In this document: piece after piece, positions 1 to 7,120 of the stretch
Layout of the letters: each line of letters begins with the position of its first letter
Numbering within the stretch: position 1 is the stretch's first letter
The notes under the pieces: model-generated
Seen by the model: only the letters and a program-made list of their open reading frames with translations
Told to the model about the DNA's origin: nothing
The model's database searches: none
From: Promethearchaeota archaeon
GTDB lineage: Archaea; Asgardarchaeota; Lokiarchaeia; Sigyniarchaeales; SOKP01
Length of the DNA: 14,588 nt
Direction: 5' to 3'
NCBI GenBank assembly: GCA_008080735.1
Contig: SHMW01000095.1
Span: forward strand, 1-14,588
Made by a program: the position numbers and the translations under genes

Positions 1-2577
1 AACTAGCTTTACAAAAAGGATGATTAATATTGTTGGAATGATCCCTAAAAATCCGATTAGATAAATCGATAGTGAAATCCAATCAGTAATTATAGTATTT
101 AAGAACAATTGTCCCACCGAGTCCACGAGATAATGAAGTATAATACAGGGAATCAAACTTTCCGTTCTCAAGAACATGTATCCGAGCCCAAATCCCAGCA
201 AGGACGCATATATAATTTGATATACCACATATATTGGATTCCCTCCACCAAGAATACTTAGGAAATTAATCGCATGTGTTAAACCAAATACCAAACCACT
301 TATAAGAATAATTTGAGTTTGTGAATATTTCCTCTTCAAGTTGGGAATGATAACCCCTCTGAAAGAAAATTCTTCCCAAATCCCCGGAATTAGCATTATA
401 ATAAACAAAAACCATCCTAAATTCGTTAGTGTGGGTTTTCCAAACAAGATGTTGGGATCAAATACGTAGGTTCCTAACAGAACTCCTCCAAGCCATACCA
501 CGAGTGCAAATATTCCAAAAGAAGCAAATCCAATTGCGATATTTTTAAGAATCGGTTGTTTTTTACCAAGACCAATATCTTGGAGATATTCGCCAAATTC
601 TCTATCTTTATTTGGGAGTTTGAATCCAAACGGTACTACATAGAGCCATAGGAATGCTAATGTTCCAAAAATAAATAGAAAGTCTATGAAATACAGTCCG
701 ATTAGAGATAGATACGGGAGGATCGGTAATAATAGAAGTTCTAAGAATCCTGGGATAAATTGGAATCCGATATAGGTTATAGCTAAAACAATAGCTCCTA
801 GAGCGGGTGTTTGTCTCAGAGCTCCTCCTGTCTTATATGTTTTCATCTCTTTTGGCTTTGGAAACATCCGATTAAATGCGTACCAAAGAATGAGGGTTCC
901 AGCGAATCCTACCCCCAAAAGGATAATCGAAATCAATGGTATGTTAAGTGTGATAAAAGCGATGTTAAACACGGTGATTAATAATAATACAAACAATCCG
1001 AGTTCAATCGCAAGCATAATCACCCATTTTAAAATCTTATAATTCCTATTGATTTCTTCTATGATATACTTATATTTCATCTGACCAAAAAATCGGATTT
1101 TTAATTCAAAGAAGAGTATCATAAATGTCCAAGCAAGCGGGATCGACGAGACAACCAAGACAAACACAATCCAAACTCCAAAGATGAGTGAAAAGATTAA
1201 CGGGGTGATGAGAAACGAGAATGTTTGAATTGAAAGCATTAAAAGTAGTTTCGCTTTTGCTTGATCCCTGGGAAGAATCGGTAAAGACGATAATATAGCA
1301 GAACCTGTTTCTTCCATATTTAAGAGTCCCGATACCAGCATTGCGGGAATATATGTACATGTCATAAGCACGAACAACCAGATTATTAATATATCTAGAG
1401 TTTCAGGGTTGGCAAATTCAATTCCAGCGGATGCTGAAAATACCATTATTAAAGGAAGAATAATCGGGAATATCATGAACATAAATGTTTGAAAATCTCG
1501 AGTGGCAGTTGTTAGATCCTTCCTCATATAAGCTACTATGGGGGTTTTCGTAGTTATTTCTACTTCTACAATCTCCTTCTCCTTGACTGATGTCTCTTCT
1601 ACTTTTTCCCTCATTTTCTCGGAAGCGGTAACTAATTCGAGTGAATTCACAGCTTTTCGATAAACCACCCAAGTTAATATTAAAAACAAGATAAATCCAA
1701 TGGAACTGGTAACCCATAAGAGCGGTGGAATTTGGGTTGGTGCCAGAAAGTTTGAAATAAAAAAGCTCGGCCCGAATGGATACGGAATAAGACTAAAAAC
1801 CAGCCCTAATATCGATGTGGATTCAAAGGTGATAAGCAGGTTAAAAAGAGTCTCAACTGCTTGAAATGCTAATTGTATAATAAATCCGAGGCTCATGGCC
1901 ATCAATATATATCCTACCATCGTTGCCATTCGAAGGATTGAAGCCTTTTTTGTTGTCTTTTGTTTCCCATACAGAATTCTACTTAGTTTTTCTCCTATAA
2001 ATATTAAAATACAAAAACTCAACAACACATTCGGGACTGAAGTGATCGCGGTTATCACAGTGAGCAAAATATCCTGAGTGCCGATAAAAATCACCACAGG
2101 AAATGCCACAATCATCGCAATCAAGGGAAGATCTAAGCTTCGAAATAGGGTCATAAACCCAAGTTTTTTTACCTTTTTTTCTGAAATAGGAAGCGTATGG
2201 AGCCAATCAAACGACTCTCCCGACATAAAACTACTCGTGTTGAGCATCCCGAATAAAATGAGGTATGAAAAGTTCAATCCGAAGAAGATGGAAAATATAA
2301 TGCTTTCTGTAAATATGATCGCTTCAATGGGAGCGCTTCCGAGTGATTGAATAACTTCAAAATAACCAATGAGCAGAAGAATGGGCATAAAACAGAGAAC
2401 AAATGCATAAACAACCTTCGTTGCTATAACATTATTGCGCATAAAATTCTTGCTTTTCTCCATCCGTTCGAGCAATCGAGCTTGATTAGATCCTGCGGAC
2501 TGTAATTGAGCTTCCACGAAGACTTCTCTATTTACATATTTCGCTTTATGGTATAAATCAAGAAGTTCACTTTCCAA
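1..2577 (-). CDS. ABC-2-type transporter permease fused to a C-terminal CPBP-family (CAAX protease/Rce1/Abi-like) intramembrane glutamic endopeptidase; 3' end runs off the window
   Basis: Hand translation gives a frame open for 859 codons from TTG at 2577 (MESELLDLYHKAKYVNREVFVEAQLQ...) to position 1. There is an in-frame TGA just upstream at 2587-2589, and the start lies 4 nt after the ATPase stop. The first ~573 aa are polytopic with two ABC-2-like halves (WLHTLPISEKK; AYMRKDLTTATRD; LSSLPILPRDQAKAK). The C-terminal part has all three CPBP motifs: PGIWEEFSFRG (EE at 370-375, R at 358-360), FGLTH (288-274) and HYLVD (135-121). Confidence 0.9.
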   Translation of the reverse strand, partial: MESELLDLYHKAKYVNREVFVEAQLQSAGSNQARLLERMEKSKNFMRNNVIATKVVYAFVLCFMPILLLIGYFEVIQSLGSAPIEAIIFTESIIFSIFFGLNFSYLILFGMLNTSSFMSGESFDWLHTLPISEKKVKKLGFMTLFRSLDLPLIAMIVAFPVVIFIGTQDILLTVITAITSVPNVLLSFCILIFIGEKLSRILYGKQKTTKKASILRMATMVGYILMAMSLGFIIQLAFQAVETLFNLLITFESTSILGLVFSLIPYPFGPSFFISNFLAPTQIPPLLWVTSSIGFILFLILTWVVYRKAVNSLELVTASEKMREKVEETSVKEKEIVEVEITTKTPIVAYMRKDLTTATRDFQTFMFMIFPIILPLIMVFSASAGIEFANPETLDILIIWLFVLMTCTYIPAMLVSGLLNMEETGSAILSSLPILPRDQAKAKLLLMLSIQTFSFLITPLIFSLIFGVWIVFVLVVSSIPLAWTFMILFFELKIRFFGQMKYKYIIEEINRNYKILKWVIMLAIELGLFVLLLITVFNIAFITLNIPLISIILLGVGFAGTLILWYAFNRMFPKPKEMKTYKTGGALRQTPALGAIVLAITYIGFQFIPGFLELLLLPILPYLSLIGLYFIDFLFIFGTLAFLWLYVVPFGFKLPNKDREFGEYLQDIGLGKKQPILKNIAIGFASFGIFALVVWLGGVLLGTYVFDPNILFGKPTLTNLGWFLFIIMLIPGIWEEFSFRGVIIPNLKRKYSQTQIILISGLVFGLTHAINFLSILGGGNPIYVVYQIIYASLLGFGLGYMFLRTESLIPCIILHYLVDSVGQLFLNTIITDWISLSIYLIGFLGIIPTILIILFVKLV

Positions 2578-2581
2578 AGTA

Positions 2582-3385
2582 TTACATCAACTCCTGTTTC
2601 TTTTTAAAGCTCTCTCTCAATTTCCCCACAATCTCATTAACAGACGTGTCTTGCTCGGTCAAACGTAAAAATACATCTTCTAAGCTGGCTCCTAATTTAT
2701 CGGCTTGCTCTTGTAGCTCCTCGATGGTACCAATTCCTACTAATTTTCCTTTATTAATAATCGCGATTCTATCACATAGTTCTTGTGCTATTTCCATAAT
2801 ATGTGTTGAAAATAACACAGCTCCTCCACCTTCCGTGTGTAAATCCAAGATTTCTTTCATCACCTTAACAGATTTTGCATCTAATCCCGCTAAAGGCTCA
2901 TCAAGAATTAATAATTTCGGATCATGAAGGATTGCAGAGATGATTTGCATCTTTTGTTTATTTCCATGAGATAAGGTCGCAACCATTTGCTCATAGAATT
3001 CCATAGCATCAAGACTTTCTAAATATTCTCTAGCCCGTTCCTGAACCTCCGCTTCGTTAAGTTCACGTATAGAGGAAATAAAATTAAAAATATCCTTCGG
3101 AGTTAATGATTTGAAAATAAGCGGCTCCTCACTAACATAACCCGTATTCGCTTTTATCTGGACATCATTGCGCTCGGGATTTAAGCCAAATATCTCCATT
3201 TCTCCTTCATTTGGTTCAAGCAAACCAAGAAGTAATTTAATAGTTGTTGTTTTTCCTGCTCCATTGGGACCTAAAAGCCCAAATACTTCGCCCTTACTCA
3301 CATTAAACGATATACCATCAACCGCTTTCACATTCTCAAAATATTTTTTTAAGTTCCTTACCTTAACGATTGCGTTATCTGACAT
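2582..3385 (-). CDS. ABC transporter ATP-binding protein (ABC-2/drug-export-like)
   Basis: Walker A GPNGAGKTT, signature-like LSHGNKQ, Walker B/D-loop LILDEPLAGLD, H-loop STH, C-terminal SLEDVFL. Lies directly upstream of the permease-CPBP fusion. Confidence 0.96.
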   Translation of the reverse strand: MSDNAIVKVRNLKKYFENVKAVDGISFNVSKGEVFGLLGPNGAGKTTTIKLLLGLLEPNEGEMEIFGLNPERNDVQIKANTGYVSEEPLIFKSLTPKDIFNFISSIRELNEAEVQERAREYLESLDAMEFYEQMVATLSHGNKQKMQIISAILHDPKLLILDEPLAGLDAKSVKVMKEILDLHTEGGGAVLFSTHIMEIAQELCDRIAIINKGKLVGIGTIEELQEQADKLGASLEDVFLRLTEQDTSVNEIVGKLRESFKKKQELM

Positions 3386-3587
3386 AATTAATGTTTAAAA
3401 TGCTTTTATGTTTTAATTTTTATTTGTATAATATGGTTAACATGTAATATTTAATGAATATGAATATTAAAATATTTGTATTGAATAGTAGATTAAAGTT
3501 AATCTATAATCAAATTTCATCTCTAAATTTTATATTAAATTTCTAGTATTATTTTTAAGAATGTACAACAAATTTAACATATGCTTG

Positions 3588-4523
3588 TCATTTTTCCCAC
3601 ATTATAACCACAATAGAAATAATCACAATCAAAGTACCTAATAAATCGGCAATAGTAAATACCTCATTAAGAAAAATTGTTGCAAATATCGCTGTCACGA
3701 CTGGAGTAGGAGATACAAGGATGCTAGCTTTCGAAACATCCAAATGAGATAACGTTTGATACCAGAAAAATAGACCAATACCATATGTGGCCCCCATAAT
3801 AAATCCCCAAAAAATAATCACGGGATTAGAAAGCATTTCGATCATTCTAATGGGAAAGAATACAAAAAACACCACGAAAAGGATAATCGCTCCGATTGCG
3901 TTTCTTAACACAACCATTTGGGAAGGAACTGCCTGCTTTCTCTGAAATATAGGTTTCGTAAGCGTGTGAGCGAGCATCCAGAGACAAGTTAACAAGATTA
4001 ATATCAACACACCCAGATTTATCTCTAATAAATTAAATGATCCTTCGGTGACTGCCAAAATGAGACCAAAAAATAGAAATGCGGAAAAAATAATCTGTAG
4101 CTTAGTAATAGTTTCTTTTAATAGCAGAAAACCAAAGAGTAAGGAGAAAAATATTGTAGATTTTTGGGCTAATGCCCCATTAATGGATCCTGCGAGCCCA
4201 TATCCGATAAAAAAGAGTATTTGACCACCTCCAAATACAGCCCCGATAAATAATAGCAATACTTTATTATCCTTAAATCCATATAAGAGCGAGTGAAAAT
4301 CTTCTTGAGAAATAAGGCCCATATTATATTGTTTTCTAATTTTCCTTCGCTTTAGAAACATTACGGGCGAAAGAACGATTGATTCAAAGACCACAGTTAA
4401 TGCAGCATAAATAAAAGGGTCAATGAAGTCAGGTCGCGCATTTGCTACAATGGGTTGGAGACCGATAAAACAATTTGCAAAAATACCAAATAATATCCCC
4501 TTTTTTAAGTTCTCGTTTTCCAC
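3588..4523 (-). CDS. EamA/DMT-family transporter (paralog 1)
   Basis: 311 aa with about 10 hydrophobic segments in two halves. DMT-type motifs LLFGFLLLKETITK, WYQTLSHLDVSKAS and PTPVVTAIFATIFLNEVFT. GTG start. Confidence 0.9.
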   Translation of the reverse strand: MENENLKKGILFGIFANCFIGLQPIVANARPDFIDPFIYAALTVVFESIVLSPVMFLKRRKIRKQYNMGLISQEDFHSLLYGFKDNKVLLLFIGAVFGGGQILFFIGYGLAGSINGALAQKSTIFFSLLFGFLLLKETITKLQIIFSAFLFFGLILAVTEGSFNLLEINLGVLILILLTCLWMLAHTLTKPIFQRKQAVPSQMVVLRNAIGAIILFVVFFVFFPIRMIEMLSNPVIIFWGFIMGATYGIGLFFWYQTLSHLDVSKASILVSPTPVVTAIFATIFLNEVFTIADLLGTLIVIISIVVIMWEK

Positions 4524-4547
4524 GATAATTTGTAAAACTAATGAAAA

Positions 4548-4560
4548 ATTATAAACTTTT
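4548..4560 (-). promoter_or_regulatory. Putative archaeal BRE/TATA promoter of EamA paralog 1
   Basis: The minus strand reads AAAAG-TTTATAAT, with the TATA-like octamer 25-32 nt upstream of the GTG at 4523. The AT-rich background lowers specificity. Confidence 0.45.
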
Positions 4561-4611
4561 ATAGCTTGAGGGATCTAAAAATCTTAAAATTAATTTTATG
4601 TGAACAATTTG

Positions 4612-4626
4612 AATAATTATTATATA
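4612..4626 (+). promoter_or_regulatory. Putative TATA box of the aldehyde:ferredoxin oxidoreductase gene
   Basis: AATAATTA-TTATATA, with TTATATA 33-39 nt upstream of the GTG at 4659. Confidence 0.35.
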
Positions 4627-4658
4627 CACCTCATATAACTAATTTTTATCGATCAAAA

Positions 4659-6854
4659 GTGAAATTACTCGCACAGAAACAATATAAGCACCAAGATATG
4701 ACGCGTGGGTATACCAACCGTACCCTTTATATAAATCTTGAGACTAATGAGATCAAGATCAAACCCGTTTCAGAAGAAATGAGAAAGAAATTTATTGGAG
4801 GGAAGGGTTTTGATTTATGGCTAATGTGGAATTCGCTCCCTAAAGATAGGATCGTTAAGTGGGATGATCCAGAAAATGAAATCTGTATCGCAACTGGACC
4901 CTTGGGTGCGTCCACGTATTATCCGGGCGGAGGAAAGTCTATAGTCACTACCATCTCTCCATTAACCGGAATTATTATCGATAGCAATGTTGGTGGACAT
5001 TTTGGACCGTATTCTAAATTTTCTGGATTTGATGCCATTGAAATACAAGGCAAGGCTGAAGAAGAAGTTATCATTTTTATTAATGGGAAAGATCATGTCG
5101 TCTCAATTGAGCAAGTGGAAGATTCAGATGAATTATCCGAGTATGCTCATCAATTAACCCAGCAACTTACAGAAGGATATGCTCAGGGTAAATCAGAATT
5201 GGATAAGCAAATGACATCCGTAGTAAGTACGGGTCCCGCAGCTAAACATTCCAAATGGGGGATGCTGAATTTTTCATGGTACAGTCGGAAAAGGAATTGG
5301 GCATCCTATAAGCAAGCGGGAAGAGGGGGTTGTGGAACGGTCTTTAAGGATAAAAATCTGAAAGCCCTCGTGTGTAGAGCTCCTGTATATGATGTGAAAA
5401 AAAACAATCCCGCAGATACAGAAAAACTATTAGAATTAGGAAGAAAACACAAAAAACAGATTGTAAAATATGACCCCTCACAAAACCAAATGAGGTATGT
5501 TGGTACGGGATATTTACCGGATATTATGAACGTCACAGATTTACTTCCCACGGAAAATTACCGTTTTGGACAGCATCGGGAAATATCGGGAAAGGATATT
5601 CCCTATAAGCGAGGTGTCTGGTTTGAAATATTCGAGGGTGCCGGAAAAGGAGGTGATTCTTGTTGGCTCGGATGTTCGGTCAGTTGTTCTCACTATACAC
5701 GTGGCCATACGGTATTAACTGGACCCTTTAAAGGAAAGGAAGTTATTGTGGATGGCCCAGAATACGAAACTATAGCTGGGTGTGGTTCAAACTGGGGAAT
5801 CTGGGACCCAAAATGGGTAATAGAAGCAAATTTTTATTGCGATACTTACGGATTGGACACTATTTCGGTCGGTACGGGTATTGCTTTCGCAATGGAATGT
5901 TATGAAGAAGGTATTTTAACAAAAGATATCACTGGAGGGATTGAGTTAGAGTTCGGAAACCCTGAAGCGGGAATGGAATTGATTCATCAAATGGCACGAG
6001 GCGAAGGGTTCGGACTTATCATAGGTCAAGGAGTGCGCCATATGAAGAAGTATTTTGCGGACAAGTATGGTGCTGATCCACAATTTCTGCATGACATCGG
6101 AATGGAACATAAAGGACTCGAATTTTCTGAATATGTTACTAAAGAATCGTTAACTCAGCAAGGAGGTTATGCATTTACTAATAAAGGCCCCCAACATGAT
6201 GAGGCGTGGTTGATATTTGAAGATGTGGTAAGAGAATCAATACCTACATTTGAGGATAAGGCAGCCGCACTACGATGGTTTCCGTATTGGAGAACATGGT
6301 TTAGTTTATGCGGACTGTGTAAGCTTCCTTGGAACGATGTGCCCCCTCCCAATAATCATGAACTCCCGATAAAAGATCCCAAAACAGGCGAACTGGTACA
6401 AGCAAAAATTCCCGAGCATGTAAAGTGGTATGCTGATTATTATGCGGCGGTCACCGGTCAAAACACCACTCCCGATGATTTAATTCGAATGTCAGAGCGT
6501 GTGTATAATTTTCAGAGAATTTTCAATATCCGCCAAGGGAAAGGATTAAAAGAGAATGATTCAAATATTCCTTATAGGGCAATGGGCCCCGTAACAAAGC
6601 TTGAATACAAGAGTAGAGAAGAAAGATACGATTCCCAACTTAAAGAAGAGTTTGGCATTTCGCTCGATGGATTATCCACCCTAGATAAAATAAAAAAACT
6701 TCGGGAATATAGAGAAGAACAATTTACTAAGCTTCAAGATGCTGTATATGATAAAAGAGAATGGTCTTCACGAGGCAGTCCCACATTTTCACTGGTAAAA
6801 AAGCTTGGAATAGATTACGCTAATGTATTAAAAATTATTGAACCTTATCAATAA
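4659..6854 (+). CDS. aor: Aldehyde:ferredoxin oxidoreductase family (AOR/WOR, W/Mo-bis-pterin, [4Fe-4S]) protein
   Basis: AOR-family motifs: KFIGGKG, ISPLTGIIIDSNVGGHFG, SGFDAIEIQGKA, AGRGGCGTVF..KNLKA, Cys cluster CWLGCSVSC, GPEYET, CDTYGLDTISVG, GLCK, ERVYNFQRIFN. Confidence 0.93.
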   Translation: MKLLAQKQYKHQDMTRGYTNRTLYINLETNEIKIKPVSEEMRKKFIGGKGFDLWLMWNSLPKDRIVKWDDPENEICIATGPLGASTYYPGGGKSIVTTISPLTGIIIDSNVGGHFGPYSKFSGFDAIEIQGKAEEEVIIFINGKDHVVSIEQVEDSDELSEYAHQLTQQLTEGYAQGKSELDKQMTSVVSTGPAAKHSKWGMLNFSWYSRKRNWASYKQAGRGGCGTVFKDKNLKALVCRAPVYDVKKNNPADTEKLLELGRKHKKQIVKYDPSQNQMRYVGTGYLPDIMNVTDLLPTENYRFGQHREISGKDIPYKRGVWFEIFEGAGKGGDSCWLGCSVSCSHYTRGHTVLTGPFKGKEVIVDGPEYETIAGCGSNWGIWDPKWVIEANFYCDTYGLDTISVGTGIAFAMECYEEGILTKDITGGIELEFGNPEAGMELIHQMARGEGFGLIIGQGVRHMKKYFADKYGADPQFLHDIGMEHKGLEFSEYVTKESLTQQGGYAFTNKGPQHDEAWLIFEDVVRESIPTFEDKAAALRWFPYWRTWFSLCGLCKLPWNDVPPPNNHELPIKDPKTGELVQAKIPEHVKWYADYYAAVTGQNTTPDDLIRMSERVYNFQRIFNIRQGKGLKENDSNIPYRAMGPVTKLEYKSREERYDSQLKEEFGISLDGLSTLDKIKKLREYREEQFTKLQDAVYDKREWSSRGSPTFSLVKKLGIDYANVLKIIEPYQ

Positions 6855-6871
6855 GGGTTAATATCACGCAA

Positions 6872-6878
6872 TTTTTTT
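6872..6878 (+). terminator. Putative archaeal oligo-T terminator after aor
   Basis: T7 run starting 18 nt after the stop codon, with further T-tracts downstream. Confidence 0.4.
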
Positions 6879-7030
6879 GATCAATTATTATCTGTTTTTT
6901 AACACTATTTAGTGGATGAGAATAGAAATCACTTTTTATTTGAATTGAAATAATATGGAAATTTGTATGTTAATATTCAATCTTTTTTATTAAAAGATAA
7001 AGGGATTAGTGCAAAGATTTAACACTTTAA

Positions 7031-7078
7031 TGTAGGATATTCTACAATATTTAAATATTGGGAAGACATATTGTCTTC
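7031..7078. promoter_or_regulatory. Three abutting palindromes upstream of the surface-protein gene (candidate operators around a TATA box)
   Basis: TGTAGGATATTCTACA (7031-7046, one mismatched pair), CAATATTTAAATATTG (7045-7060, perfect 16-mer containing TTTAAATA) and GAAGACA-TAT-TGTCTTC (7062-7078, perfect 7-bp arms). Confidence 0.55.
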
Positions 7079-7120
7079 TTAAGGCTTTACGTTTTAGTAA
7101 AATAAATCTAATGATAAAAC

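Noticed and set aside
1106-2350. Five short track ORFs (1106-1360, 1418-1717, 1895-2077, 1979-2206, 2078-2350), suggesting a fragmented or pseudogenised region
   Set aside because: All are alternative-frame or antisense shadows of the uninterrupted 1-2577 minus-strand gene.
2646-3398. Plus-strand ORFs 2646-2927 and 3168-3398
   Set aside because: Antisense shadows of the ABC ATPase.
3386-3587. AT-only near-palindromes such as AATATTAAAATATT in the intergenic region
   Set aside because: Expected by chance at this very high AT content, with no G/C-containing arms.
4727-6352. Minus-strand ORFs 4727-4915, 5306-5551 and 6167-6352
   Set aside because: Antisense to aor, with no recognisable motifs.
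4659-6854. Possible selenocysteine or stop-codon recoding in the redox enzyme
   Set aside because: No in-frame TGA or TAG interrupts aor, and no SECIS-like element was recognised.
7031-7078. Palindrome cluster as a mini-CRISPR or MITE
   Set aside because: The three units differ in sequence, there are no spacers or target-site duplication, and no cas or transposase genes are present.
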